A stretch of 64,000 nucleotides of DNA from Escherichia coli (GCF_003334315.1 NZ_QOWR01000011.1), one strand, 5' to 3'; counted from the stretch's first letter, positions 21,309 through 36,147 are shown. Notes: generated from the letters alone by a model not told the origin. Made by a program: numbers and translations.

Positions 21309-21470
21309 AATGCACTTATCCTCGCAAGACACGAGGCTACATTATTACACTCAGAGTTTTTGTCTATTCTGAAATTGTTTAAATGTGAATCGAATCACAA
21401 TCGTTCGGGGAGCAATATTAAATGCTTTTTTTAAAGATTATAAATTACGTAAGAATTTTAATGTTTAAAA
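21309..21470 (-). promoter_or_regulatory. tna promoter region (AT-rich, catabolite-controlled)
   Basis: AT-rich segment upstream of tnaC; position-based inference, exact -35/-10 not assigned. Confidence 0.4.
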
Positions 21471-21550
21471 AAAGGGTTGAGGAATAACAGGAGTGGTAAC
21501 AATGAAGCGAAGCCGCATCTGACAGTCAGAATGCGGCTTCGTAAGCGCGG

Positions 21551-22915
21551 TTACTTACCAATACAGAAGCTGGAGAAAATCCGCCCCAGCAGGTCGTCTG
21601 AAGTAAATTCCCCGGTGATTTCGCTTAAGTTCTGCTGTGCCAGACGCAACTCTTCCGCCAGCAGTTCACCTGCCCAGGCTCCCAACAGTTGCGCTTTGCC
21701 CTGTTGTAGATGTTCCGCTGCCTGTTCCAGCGCCTGTAGGTGGCGACGACGCGCCAGGAAGCCGCCTTCCATGTTGGTGTCAAAGCCCATGCTCTGTTTG
21801 AGATGGTTACGCAGCACGTCCACGCCTTCACCAGTCCTTGCCGAGAGACGAATTAACGCGTGACCGTTCACTTCACTCATTCCCAGCGTTTCGCCGGTGA
21901 TATCGGCTTTATTGCGCACCACGGTGATCGGCAGTTTCGCTGGCAGACGGGCAATAAATTCCGGCCAGATCTCTGCCGGATCCACGGCGTCTGTTGTGGT
22001 GCCATCGACCATAAACAGCACGCGGTCGGCCTGTTCAATTTCCTGCCACGCGCGCTCGATACCAATACGTTCTACTTCGTCACTGGCTTCACGTAGCCCG
22101 GCGGTATCGATGATATGCAGCGGCATTCCGTCAATGTGGATATGCTCACGCAGCACGTCACGCGTAGTTCCGGCGATATCGGTTACGATTGCCGCTTCAC
22201 GCCCCGCCAGCGCGTTTAACAGGCTCGATTTACCGGCGTTAGGACGTCCGGCAATCACCACTTTCATCCCTTCGCGCAACAAACTACCCTGACGTGCTTC
22301 AGCACGCACTGCATCAAGATCGGCAATAACGTCATTGAGCTGGGCTTCAATTTTTCCGTCGGAGAGGAAATCGATCTCTTCATCGGGGAAATCAATTGCC
22401 GCTTCGACGTAAATGCGCAAGTGGGTGAGGGCTTCTACCAGATGATTAACCCGTGCGGAGAATGCGCCTTGCAGCGAGTTAAGTGCCGAACGGGCCGCCT
22501 GTTCCGAACTGGCGTCGATAAGATCGGCAATCGCCTCGGCCTGGGCTAAGTCAAGTTTATCGTTAAGAAACGCGCGTTCGGAAAACTCACCAGGGCGAGC
22601 AATCCGCAGGCCGGGAATGGTCAGAATGCGTTTTAACAGCAGGTCGAGGATCACCGGACCGCCATGACCTTGCAGTTCCAGCACATCTTCGCCGGTGAAC
22701 GAGTTCGGGCCAGGGAACCATAGCGCAATCCCCTGATCGAGCACGCTGCCGTCGGCGTCTTTAAACGGAAGATAATCGGCGTAGCGCGGCTTAGGCAGTT
22801 TACCCAGCACGGTTTCGGCAACTTCACGGGCTTTGAAGCCGGAGATGCGCAGGATGCCAACGCCGCCACGTCCCGGAGGCGTGGCCTGGGCTACGATAGT
22901 GTCATTATCGCTCAT
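21551..22915 (-). CDS. mnmE: tRNA modification GTPase MnmE
   Basis: 454-aa ORF with G-domain motifs ([18 protein letters not shown]) and C-terminal CIGK. Confidence 0.93.
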
Positions 22916-22971
22916 GATGTTCCTGTTGCTTTGTGTGGCGGATGCGCGGTGCTTATCCGCCCTACGAAAAG

Positions 22972-23003
22972 AAAAAAGGCGGTCAACTGACCGCCCTTAT
23001 TTT
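22972..23003 (-). terminator. Hairpin plus T-run downstream of yidC
   Basis: Minus strand: ggcggtcagttgaccgcc followed by tttttt; a REP-like palindrome lies at about 22940-22968. Confidence 0.55.
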
Positions 23004-23020
23004 AGCGAAAACTCACCGAA

Positions 23021-24667
23021 TCAGGATTTTTTCTTCTCGCGGCTATGCAGGCCACGTTTTTCCAGACCACGGTAAATCAGCTGCTGCTGAATAATGGTTA
23101 CCAGGTTGCTGACGATATAGTACAGCACCAGACCTGACGGGAACCACAGGAAGAACACGGTGAAGATGACCGGCATAAAGGTCATGATCTTCTGCTGCAT
23201 CGGGTCGGTCACTGTGGTCGGCGACATCTTCTGAATGAAGAACATCGTTACGCCCATCAGGATCGGCAGGATGTAGTACGGGTCCTGTGCCGACAGGTCG
23301 TGGATCCACAGTGCAAACGGTGCCTGACGCAGTTCAACGGAACCCATCAGCATGTAGTACAACGCCAGGAAGATTGGCATCTGGATCAGCAGCGGGAAGC
23401 AGCCGCCCAGCGGGTTAACCTTCTCAGCTTTGTACAGCGCCATCATTTCCTGGCTGATACGCTGTTTGTCATCGCCCAGACGCTCACGCATTGCCTGAAT
23501 CTTCGGCTGCAACATACGCATCTTCGCCATGGAGGTGTACTGCGCTTTGGTCAGCGGGTACATGATGCCACGAACGATAAAGGTGATGATGATAATGGAG
23601 AAGCCCCAGTTACCCACAAAGCTATGGATCCATTTCAGCAGTTTGAACAGCGGCTGAGAGATGAACCACAACCAACCGTAATCAACGGTCAGATCCAGGT
23701 GCGGAGCAACAGCTGCCATTTTGTCCTGGATTTCCGGGCCAACCCACAGGGTGCTGTTCATCGCGCCAGTCTGACCAGGCTGAACCAATACCGGCTGAGA
23801 TTTATAGCCGATAGCGGCGATGCCGTTACCCAGATTAGCGGTATAGAAGTTGTTGGTACCGTCGTTATGCGGGATCCACGCCGTCGCGAAATACTGTTGC
23901 AGCATCGCCACCCAACCACCTTTCGAAGAGATGTTCAGGTTTTCGTTATCGGCAATGGTATCGAACTTGTATTTCTCATACTTCTCGTCAGGCGTGGAGT
24001 ACGCCGCGCCACGGAAGGTGTGCAGTGCGAAGTTGCTGCTTCCGGTATCGAGATGCGGTGGCAGAGTGATGGATTGCTTCAACTGACCAAACGAGGAGAT
24101 TTCCAGCGGTTTCTCGCCAGCGTTCTGCACGTTGTAGTTGACGTTGACAGCGTAATCACCACGTTTCAGGACAAACGTTTTGGTAAACGTGTTGCCTGCC
24201 GCGTCGGTATACGTCATCGGCACCTGCAGTTCGTTTTGACCTTCAGCCAGCACATAAGCGTCTTTTTCAACGTTATACAGCGGACGCGGGCCGTTAGCCG
24301 GGTTATCCGGGCCATCACGACCGGTCAGACCGCTCTGTGCCTGATAAATAAACTGCGGTGAAGTTTCCAACAGCTGGAACGGCTGGGTAGAGTTCAGCTC
24401 TTTCGGGTAAGCAGGCAGCAGAGCTTGCTCAACATCACCACCACGGGTGTTGATGGTCAGATCAAGCACGTCGGTCTTAACCGAGATCAGTTTCCCCTGG
24501 CCACTGGCCGGTACGCCCTGGTCGGCGGCGCTACCCGCTGCGGTGGTCGTTGTCTGCGTGGTCTGTTGGGCCTGAGGTTGCGGGTTTTTATCCTGCTCCC
24601 AGGCTTGCCAGATCATGAAAGACACGAACAGCAAAGCGATGACTAAAAGATTGCGTTGCGAATCCAT
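23021..24667 (-). CDS. yidC: Membrane protein insertase YidC
   Basis: 548-aa ORF; N-terminal TM, large periplasmic domain, conserved C-terminal 5-TM core. Confidence 0.93.
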
Positions 24668-24669
24668 CG

Positions 24670-24927
24670 TTAGTGTTCTCTGGTATCAAATGGTCCGGGC
24701 GGGACGGGATCGTCACCACCAGGGTGTAAAGGGTGGCATTTTAATACGCGTTTCACCGTCAACCAACTGCCTTTTATCACTCCAAACCTGCGCAATGCCT
24801 CAATTCCGTAGCTTGAACAGGTTGGAGTGAAACGACAATGCGGCCCGAGTAGCGGACTAATCAGGCGTTGATAGACCCGAATGAGGGCTATCAGGACCCG
24901 CGAGCCAGGCGACAGTGGCGGCGCCAT
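24670..24927 (-). CDS. yidD: Membrane protein insertion efficiency factor YidD
   Basis: 85-aa ORF; conserved rnpA-yidD-yidC arrangement; 5' end overlaps rnpA 3' end. Confidence 0.85.
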
Positions 24928-25250
24928 AATTTTTCCAACGCTTCCGAGAGAGCACGGTTATCGAGGTCGGCAACCCCTTTTTTCGCCACCACCACGAAAT
25001 CCATAGCCGGGAGTTCATGTTGGCGCAGACGGAAGCTTTCACGCGTCAGACGTTTAATCCGATTGCGTTCATGGGCGCGTCGAACGTTTTTCTTGGCGAC
25101 TGTAAGACCGATACGGGGATGCCCCAGCGAATTCAGGCGGCCGAGAATGGTAATTTGCGGCGTGCCAGCCCGTTGTGGCTGCTGGAAGACGAATGTGAAT
25201 TGACTGGGAGTTAACAAGCGTAACTCCCTGGGAAATGCGAGCTTAACCAC
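24891..25250 (-). CDS. rnpA: RNase P protein component
   Basis: 119-aa basic protein; conserved rpmH-rnpA order. Confidence 0.92.
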
Positions 25251-25266
25251 TCAGGGGTTAGCTTTA

Positions 25267-25419
<153 letters not shown>

Positions 25420-25772
25420 CTAAACTTGAATAAATTCAATGGCTTTATTGGATATCCGCCGAAAAATGAAACGATGGACACCGAAGCCATGGGTGATTAA
25501 AGAGGCCGGATTGTAATAATTGTACACTCCGGAGTCAATTCTCTTTCCTTATTTACCGCGCTTTTCCGCACCTTTTCGCAGGGAAAATGTACGACCTCAC
25601 ACCAGTGGAAACCAGCATGGCGCGCCGGGTGGAGGATTATACGGGCTGATGGGTAAAGCGCAAGGATCGTCCTGGATCTTTATTAGATCGATTAAGCCAA
25701 TTTTTGTCTATGGTCATTAAATTTTCCAATATGCGGCGTAAATCGTGCCCGCCTCGCGGCAGGATCGTTTAC

Positions 25773-25900
25773 ACTTAGCGAGTTCTGGAAAGTCCTGTGG
25801 ATAAATCGGGAAAATCTGTGAGAAACAGAAGATCTCTTGCGCAGTTTAGGCTATGATCCGCGGTCCCGATCGTTTTGCAGGATCTTGATCGGGCATATAA
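25773..25900. promoter_or_regulatory. GATC (Dam methylation) cluster in the dnaA promoter region
   Basis: At least six GATC sites within about 130 bp (25773, 25830, 25855, 25868, 25881, 25888). Confidence 0.65.
25796..25804. promoter_or_regulatory. Consensus DnaA box in the dnaA promoter region (autoregulation)
   Basis: tgtggataa (reverse complement TTATCCACA) is a perfect 9-mer DnaA box, about 210 bp upstream of the dnaA start. Confidence 0.75.
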
Positions 25901-26013
25901 CCGCAGACAGCGGTTCGTGCGTCACCCTCAAGCAGGGTCTTTTCGACGTACGTCAACAATCATGAATGTTTCAGCCTTAGTCATTATCGACTTTTGTTCG
26001 AGTGGAGTCCGCC

Positions 26014-27417
26014 GTGTCACTTTCGCTTTGGCAGCAGTGTCTTGCCCGATTGCAGGATGAGTTACCAGCCACAGAATTCAGTATGTGGATACGCCCATTG
26101 CAGGCGGAACTGAGCGATAACACGCTGGCCCTGTACGCGCCAAACCGTTTTGTCCTCGATTGGGTACGGGACAAGTACCTTAATAATATCAATGGACTGC
26201 TAACCAGTTTCTGCGGAGCGGATGCCCCACAGCTGCGTTTTGAAGTCGGCACCAAACCGGTGACGCAAACGCCACAAGCGGCAGTGACGAGCAACGTCGC
26301 GGCCCCTGCACAGGTGGCGCAAACGCAGCCGCAACGTGCTGCGCCTTCTACGCGCTCAGGTTGGGATAACGTCCCGGCCCCGGCAGAACCGACCTATCGT
26401 TCTAACGTAAACGTCAAACACACGTTTGATAACTTCGTTGAAGGTAAATCTAACCAACTGGCGCGCGCGGCGGCTCGCCAGGTGGCGGATAACCCTGGCG
26501 GTGCCTATAACCCGTTGTTCCTTTATGGCGGCACGGGTCTGGGTAAAACTCACCTGCTGCATGCGGTGGGTAACGGCATTATGGCGCGCAAGCCGAATGC
26601 CAAAGTGGTTTATATGCACTCCGAGCGCTTTGTTCAGGACATGGTTAAAGCCCTGCAAAACAACGCGATCGAAGAGTTTAAACGCTACTACCGTTCCGTA
26701 GATGCACTGCTGATCGACGATATTCAGTTTTTTGCTAATAAAGAACGATCTCAGGAAGAGTTTTTCCACACCTTCAACGCCCTGCTGGAAGGTAATCAAC
26801 AGATCATTCTCACCTCGGATCGCTATCCGAAAGAGATCAACGGCGTTGAGGATCGTTTGAAATCCCGCTTCGGTTGGGGACTGACTGTGGCGATCGAACC
26901 GCCAGAGCTGGAAACCCGTGTGGCGATCCTGATGAAAAAGGCCGACGAAAACGACATTCGTTTGCCGGGCGAAGTGGCGTTCTTTATCGCCAAGCGTCTA
27001 CGATCTAACGTACGTGAGCTGGAAGGGGCGCTGAACCGCGTCATTGCCAATGCCAACTTTACCGGACGGGCGATCACCATCGACTTCGTGCGTGAGGCGC
27101 TGCGCGACTTGCTGGCATTGCAGGAAAAACTGGTCACCATCGACAATATTCAGAAGACGGTGGCGGAGTACTACAAGATCAAAGTCGCGGATCTCCTTTC
27201 CAAGCGTCGATCCCGCTCGGTGGCGCGTCCGCGCCAGATGGCGATGGCGCTGGCGAAAGAGCTGACTAACCACAGTCTGCCGGAGATTGGCGATGCGTTT
27301 GGTGGCCGTGACCACACGACGGTGCTTCATGCCTGCCGTAAGATCGAGCAGTTGCGTGAAGAGAGCCACGATATCAAAGAAGATTTTTCAAATTTAATCA
27401 GAACATTGTCATCGTAA
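26014..27417 (+). CDS. dnaA: Chromosomal replication initiator DnaA
   Basis: 467 aa from GTG 26014 ([13 protein letters not shown]...); AAA+ Walker [12 protein letters not shown]; C-terminal DNA-binding domain. Confidence 0.95.
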
Positions 27418-27421
27418 ACCT

Positions 27422-28521
27422 ATGAAATTTACCGTAGAACGTGAGCATTTATTAAAACCGCTACAACAGGTGAGCGGTCCGTTAGGTGGTCGTCCTACGC
27501 TACCGATTCTCGGTAATCTGCTGTTACAGGTTGCTGACGGTACGTTGTCGCTGACCGGTACTGATCTCGAGATGGAAATGGTGGCACGTGTTGCGCTGGT
27601 TCAGCCACACGAGCCAGGAGCGACGACCGTTCCGGCGCGCAAATTCTTTGATATCTGCCGTGGTCTGCCTGAAGGCGCGGAAATTGCCGTGCAGCTGGAA
27701 GGTGAACGGATGCTGGTACGCTCCGGGCGTAGCCGTTTTTCGCTGTCTACCCTGCCAGCGGCGGATTTCCCGAACCTCGATGACTGGCAGAGTGAAGTCG
27801 AATTTACCCTGCCGCAGGCAACGATGAAGCGTCTGATTGAAGCGACCCAGTTTTCTATGGCGCATCAGGACGTTCGCTATTACTTAAATGGTATGCTGTT
27901 TGAAACCGAAGGTGAAGAACTGCGCACCGTGGCAACCGACGGCCACCGTCTGGCGGTCTGTTCAATGCCAATTGGTCAATCTTTGCCAAGCCATTCGGTG
28001 ATCGTACCGCGTAAAGGCGTGATTGAACTGATGCGTATGCTCGACGGCGGCGACAATCCGCTGCGCGTACAGATTGGCAGCAACAACATTCGCGCCCACG
28101 TTGGCGACTTTATCTTCACCTCCAAACTGGTGGATGGTCGCTTCCCGGATTATCGCCGCGTTCTGCCGAAGAACCCGGACAAACATCTGGAAGCTGGCTG
28201 CGATCTGCTCAAGCAGGCGTTTGCTCGCGCGGCGATTCTCTCTAACGAGAAATTCCGCGGCGTACGTCTTTATGTCAGCGAAAACCAGCTGAAAATCACC
28301 GCCAACAACCCGGAACAGGAAGAAGCGGAAGAGATCCTCGACGTTACCTATAGCGGTGCGGAGATGGAAATCGGCTTCAACGTCAGTTATGTGCTGGATG
28401 TTCTGAACGCGCTGAAATGCGAAAACGTCCGCATGATGCTGACCGATTCGGTTTCCAGCGTGCAGATTGAAGATGCGGCCAGCCAGAGCGCGGCTTATGT
28501 TGTCATGCCAATGAGACTGTA

Positions 28522-28522
<1 letters not shown>
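27422..28522 (+). CDS. dnaN: DNA polymerase III beta sliding clamp
   Basis: 366-aa [20 protein letters not shown]...; conserved dnaA-dnaN-recF order. Confidence 0.95.
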
Positions 28523-32038
<3,516 letters not shown>

Positions 32039-32039
32039 T

Positions 32040-32160
32040 GGCGCTAACCATGCGAGCGTGCCTGATGCGCTACGCTTATCAGGCCTACGAAAATCTTGCA
32101 ATGTATTGAATTTTCATGATTTTGTAGGCCGGATAAGGCGTTCACGCCGCATCCGGCAAG
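32040..32160. repeat. Tandem REP/BIME-like palindromic units downstream of gyrB
   Basis: gcctgatgcgctacgcttatcaggcctac and ggccggataaggcgttcacgccgcatccggc, REP consensus in opposite orientations. Confidence 0.65.
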
Positions 32161-32170
32161 AAGCTATAAG

Positions 32171-32200
32171 AAAAGGGCGGAGATCATCTCCGCCCTTTTT
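32171..32200 (+). terminator. Rho-independent terminator after gyrB
   Basis: aaaagggcggagatcatctccgcccttttt: perfect GC stem with flanking A-run and T-run. Confidence 0.8.
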
Positions 32201-32277
32201 ATTTCTGCAATCCGCAATTATCATCCCGCAAATCTATACTTTTTGGGTCAACACGTAACGCTTTACAGGTGATTATC

Positions 32278-32676
32278 ATGGGGCTTTTTGATGAAGTTGT
32301 CGGTGCCTTTCTGAAAGGCGATGCGGGGAAATATCAGGCTATTTTAAGTTGAGTTGAGGAGCAGGGCGGCATTCAGGTGCTGCTGGAAAAACTGCAAAGT
32401 GGCGGCTTAGGGGCCATTCTCTCAACCTGGCTGAGTAATCAACAGGGCAATCAATCGGTTAGTGGCGAGCAACTGGAATCGGCGCTCGGCACAAATGCGG
32501 TGTCCGATCTCGGGCAAAAACTTGGCGTGGATACCAGTACAGCTTCCAGTTTACTGGCAGAACAATTGCCGAAGATTATTGATGCGCTCTCACCGCAAGG
32601 TGAAGTGTCACCACAAGCCAATAACGATCTGCTTTCCGCAGGCATGGAACTGCTGAAAGGGAAACTCTTCCGCTAA
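32278..32676 (+). pseudogene. yidB: Small DUF937-type protein YidB interrupted by an in-frame TGA at codon 25
   Basis: ATG 32278 MGLFDEVVGAFLKGDAGKYQAILS then TGA (32350-32352), and the same frame continues VEEQGGIQVLLEKLQSGG... to 32676; the ORF track only reports the downstream piece 32377..32676. Confidence 0.65.
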
Positions 32677-32679
32677 GCA

Positions 32680-32722
32680 AAAAGGGAGCACGCAACGCGC
32701 GTTGCATCCCCCTTTTCCCTCG
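32680..32722 (+). terminator. Hairpin with perfect palindrome between yidB and yidA
   Basis: gggagcacgcaacgcgcgttgcatccccc followed by ttttccc. Confidence 0.5.
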
Positions 32723-32790
32723 GGTGTTGTACTGATTTTTGAGCGGAATCGCGTTAGCATGGGTCAGGAACCAATCTACCTGGGGAACTC

Positions 32791-33603
32791 ATGGCTATTA
32801 AACTCATTGCTATCGATATGGATGGCACCCTTCTGCTGCCCGATCACACCATTTCACCCGCCGTTAAAAATGCGATTGCCGCAGCTCGCGCCCGTGGCGT
32901 GAATGTCGTGCTAACGACGGGTCGCCCGTATGCAGGTGTGCACAACTACCTGAAAGAGCTGCATATGGAACAGCCGGGCGACTACTGCATTACTTATAAC
33001 GGCGCGCTGGTACAGAAGGCCGCTGATGGTAGCACCGTGGCGCAAACTGCTCTCAGCTATGACGACTATCGTTTCCTGGAAAAACTCTCTCGCGAAGTCG
33101 GTTCTCATTTCCACGCCCTGGACCGCACCACGCTGTACACCGCCAACCGTGATATCAGCTACTACACGGTGCATGAATCCTTCGTTGCCACCATTCCGCT
33201 GGTGTTCTGCGAAGCGGAGAAAATGGACCCCAATACCCAGTTCCTGAAAGTGATGATGATTGATGAACCCGCCATCCTCGACCAGGCTATCGCGCGTATT
33301 CCGCAGGAAGTGAAAGAGAAATATACCGTGCTGAAAAGTGCGCCGTACTTCCTCGAAATCCTCGATAAACGCGTTAACAAAGGTACGGGGGTGAAATCAC
33401 TGGCCGACGTGTTAGGTATTAAACCGGAAGAAATCATGGCGATTGGCGATCAGGAAAACGATATCGCAATGATTGAATATGCAGGCGTCGGTGTGGCGAT
33501 GGATAACGCTATTCCTTCAGTGAAAGAAGTGGCGAACTTTGTCACCAAATCTAACCTTGAAGATGGCGTGGCGTTTGCTATTGAGAAGTATGTGCTGAAT
33601 TAA
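32791..33603 (+). CDS. yidA: HAD-superfamily sugar phosphatase (Cof subfamily)
   Basis: 270-aa ORF with HAD motif I IAIDMDGTLL. Confidence 0.9.
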   Translation: MAIKLIAIDMDGTLLLPDHTISPAVKNAIAAARARGVNVVLTTGRPYAGVHNYLKELHMEQPGDYCITYNGALVQKAADGSTVAQTALSYDDYRFLEKLSREVGSHFHALDRTTLYTANRDISYYTVHESFVATIPLVFCEAEKMDPNTQFLKVMMIDEPAILDQAIARIPQEVKEKYTVLKSAPYFLEILDKRVNKGTGVKSLADVLGIKPEEIMAIGDQENDIAMIEYAGVGVAMDNAIPSVKEVANFVTKSNLEDGVAFAIEKYVLN

Positions 33604-33610
33604 TCTGTGG

Positions 33611-33641
33611 GCGGGCAAACAGCATAAACGCGTTTGCCCGC
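33611..33641. terminator. Bidirectional terminator hairpin between convergent yidA and yidX
   Basis: gcgggcaaacagcataaacgcgtttgcccgc, a 10-bp perfect stem. Confidence 0.7.
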
Positions 33642-33648
33642 TTACTGA

Positions 33649-34305
33649 TTATTGGTTTACTGCATATACAACCAGAAATTGCAGCGGTGCAGTAATGATG
33701 TCCAGCGTAACAGTCACTGGCAGTAATGCTGCGGAAACACCATCCGGAATGCCTCTGGGTGAATAGTATTCATAAAATCGCACTTTAAATGGATGGTAGA
33801 ACGCCATCACCTTTGAGTAATCCATGTTTTTATTTTTCTCATGGATTGTGCCTTTTAGGTTTTCCAGTGACCTGGTACAGTGTTGAACACCACAGGCAAA
33901 ACCATAATGCGTTGCCAGTGCCTTTTCTTCTTCGTTATTCCAGTAGTAGTAAAGCGATATTGTGCCGGTAAATTTCTTTTTCCCCGCATTTAAAACAAAT
34001 CTTGCGTCATCGGCAACCTGAATATTGTGCCGGTTAAGTGCTGGATCATTGAGCATCTTAACGATGTCATCGGCACCATCAGTGATAAGGTAATCCAGCG
34101 ATTCCCCTACAAAAACATAGCCTTTTGTTCCATTACTATCTTTTGCCTGCGATAGCCCAGTGATGGTGTCTGACTGCGATTGATACTTTCCTGAACTACC
34201 CTTTGCGGTATGGGAAACCAGAGCATACGAGATACAGCCTGAAAGCATCAGCGCCAGTGGGAATAAACCGGCAGCCTTAAAAAATCCCTTAAAATTCAAC
34301 TTCAT
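33649..34305 (-). CDS. yidX: Putative lipoprotein YidX
   Basis: 218 aa from internal Met with lipoprotein signal peptide [24 protein letters not shown] (lipobox LSGC). Confidence 0.75.
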
Positions 34306-34442
34306 GATTAATCCTTTAAACGAGTAGCTAAGCCGTTGAAAGCATACTCTTCTTTCCCTCCTGTTTAGCGCCTGATATCCCTTTTCAGATTTCTGCCCGA
34401 CGCATGTCATTTTTTTATGCATTGTTCTTTTTGTGATCTAAA

Positions 34443-34519
34443 TTGTAGTACAACAATATAAGTTTGTACTACATTACACGCACGGCAAACGCGAACGTCA
34501 TCACGCTGGTACTACAAAG
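34443..34519. promoter_or_regulatory. DgoR operator repeats in the dgo promoter
   Basis: Three copies of the GntR-type half-palindrome: ttgTAGTACAac (34443-34453), tgTACTACAt (34465-34473), gGTACTACAaag (34507-34519). Confidence 0.6.
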
Positions 34520-34582
34520 TTGCCGCGTTATGCATCGATCGGGGTAAAGTAGAGAAGAACATACAGAGCACAAGGACTCTCC

Positions 34583-35272
34583 ATGACTCTCAATAAAACC
34601 GATCGCATTGTCATTACGCTGGGTAAACAGATCGTTCACGGCAAATACGTGCCAGGCTCGCCGCTTCCGGCTGAGGCGGAACTCTGTGAGGAGTTTGCAA
34701 CCTCGCGCAACATCATCCGTGAGGTGTTCCGTTCGCTGATGGCGAAGCGGCTGATTGAAATGAAACGTTATCGCGGGGCGTTTGTGGCACCGCGTAACCA
34801 GTGGAATTACCTCGACACTGACGTACTGCAATGGGTGCTGGAAAATGACTACGACCCACGGCTTATCAGTGCCATGAGCGAAGTGCGAAATCTGGTGGAA
34901 CCGGCGATTGCCCGTTGGGCAGCAGAGCGCGCGACTTCCAGCGATCTGGCGCAGATTGAATCGGCGCTGAACGAGATGATTGCCAACAATCAGGACCGCG
35001 AAGCGTTTAACGAAGCGGATATTCGCTACCACGAGGCGGTGCTGCAGTCGGTGCATAACCCGGTGTTACAGCAACTTAGCATTGCGATCAGTTCGCTGCA
35101 GCGGGCGGTTTTTGAACGAACCTGGATGGGCGATGAGGCCAACATGCCGCAAACGCTCCAGGAACATAAGGCGCTGTTCGATGCGATACGACATCAGGAC
35201 GGCGATGCGGCAGAGCAGGCGGCGCTTACCATGATCGCCAGCTCGACACGAAGGTTAAAGGAAATCACATGA
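34583..35272 (+). CDS. dgoR: GntR/FadR-family repressor of the galactonate operon
   Basis: 229-aa ORF with N-terminal winged-HTH and FadR-type C-terminal domain. Confidence 0.9.
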   Translation: MTLNKTDRIVITLGKQIVHGKYVPGSPLPAEAELCEEFATSRNIIREVFRSLMAKRLIEMKRYRGAFVAPRNQWNYLDTDVLQWVLENDYDPRLISAMSEVRNLVEPAIARWAAERATSSDLAQIESALNEMIANNQDREAFNEADIRYHEAVLQSVHNPVLQQLSIAISSLQRAVFERTWMGDEANMPQTLQEHKALFDAIRHQDGDAAEQAALTMIASSTRRLKEIT

Positions 35273-36147
35273 CAGCTCGCTACATCGCAATTGACTGGGG
35301 ATCGACCAATCTGCGCGCCTGGCTTTATCAGGGCGACCACTGCCTGGAGAGCAGGCAATCAGAAGCAGGCGTCACGCGCCTGAACGGAAAATCTCCGGCT
35401 GCGGTGTTAGCAGAAGTCACGACCGACTGGCGTGAAGAGAAAACGCCAGTGGTAATGGCAGGAATGGTTGGCAGCAACGTCGGCTGGAAAGTTGCACCGT
35501 ATTTATCTGTTCCTGCCTGTTTTTCGTCTATTGGCGAACAATTAACGTCAGTTGGCGACAATATCTGGATTATTCCCGGATTATGCGTCTCTCATGACGA
35601 TAACCACAATGTGATGCGCGGCGAAGAAACACAATTGATCGGCGCGCGAACTCTGGCTCCTTCCTCTCTTTATGTTATGCCCGGTACGCATTGCAAATGG
35701 GTGCAGGCCGATAGCCAGCAAATCAACGATTTTCGCACCGTGATGACCGGTGAATTACATCATTTACTGTTAAATCACTCATTGATTGGCGCAGGTTTGC
35801 CGCCGCAGGAAAACTCTGCCGATGCCTTCGCGGCTGGCCTTGAGCGCGGCCTTAATGCGCCCGCCATATTGCCGCAGCTTTTTGAAGTTCGCGCCTCGCA
35901 TGTGCTGGGAACACTTCCCCGCGAACAGGTCAGCGAATTTCTCTCTGGTTTGTTGATTGGCGCAGAGGTTGCCAGTATGCGCGACTATGTGACCCATCAA
36001 CACGCCATCACCCTTGTCGCCGGAACATCGCTGACCGCGCGCTACCAGCAAGCCTTTCAGGCGATGGGTTGCGACGTGACGGCGGTGGCGGGCGACACGG
36101 CATTTCAGGCTGGTATAAGGAGCATCGCTCATGCAGTGGCAAACTAA
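35269..36147 (+). CDS. dgoK: 2-dehydro-3-deoxygalactonokinase
   Basis: 292-aa ORF; 4-bp overlap with the dgoR stop. Confidence 0.88.
   Translation: MTARYIAIDWGSTNLRAWLYQGDHCLESRQSEAGVTRLNGKSPAAVLAEVTTDWREEKTPVVMAGMVGSNVGWKVAPYLSVPACFSSIGEQLTSVGDNIWIIPGLCVSHDDNHNVMRGEETQLIGARTLAPSSLYVMPGTHCKWVQADSQQINDFRTVMTGELHHLLLNHSLIGAGLPPQENSADAFAAGLERGLNAPAILPQLFEVRASHVLGTLPREQVSEFLSGLLIGAEVASMRDYVTHQHAITLVAGTSLTARYQQAFQAMGCDVTAVAGDTAFQAGIRSIAHAVAN

Noticed and set aside
21506-21541. 11-bp inverted repeat (cgaagccgcat...atgcggcttcg) immediately 3' of mnmE as a terminator
   Set aside because: Strong hairpin but no flanking U-run on either strand; cannot be called an intrinsic terminator from sequence alone.
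23300-24361. 353-aa plus-strand ORF antisense to yidC
   Set aside because: Entirely embedded opposite a highly conserved essential gene; no RBS or homology signal; composition typical of shadow ORFs.
25740-26013. Possibility that the DnaA-box/GATC-rich region is the replication origin oriC
   Set aside because: Only one clear DnaA box, no AT-rich 13-mer array, and it sits in the rpmH-dnaA intergenic region; consistent with the dnaA promoter, not oriC, which lies outside this window in E. coli.
32350-32352. TGA in yidB as a possible selenocysteine codon
   Set aside because: No SECIS-like stem-loop immediately 3' of the TGA and yidB is not a member of any known selenoprotein family; a premature stop or sequencing variant is more parsimonious.
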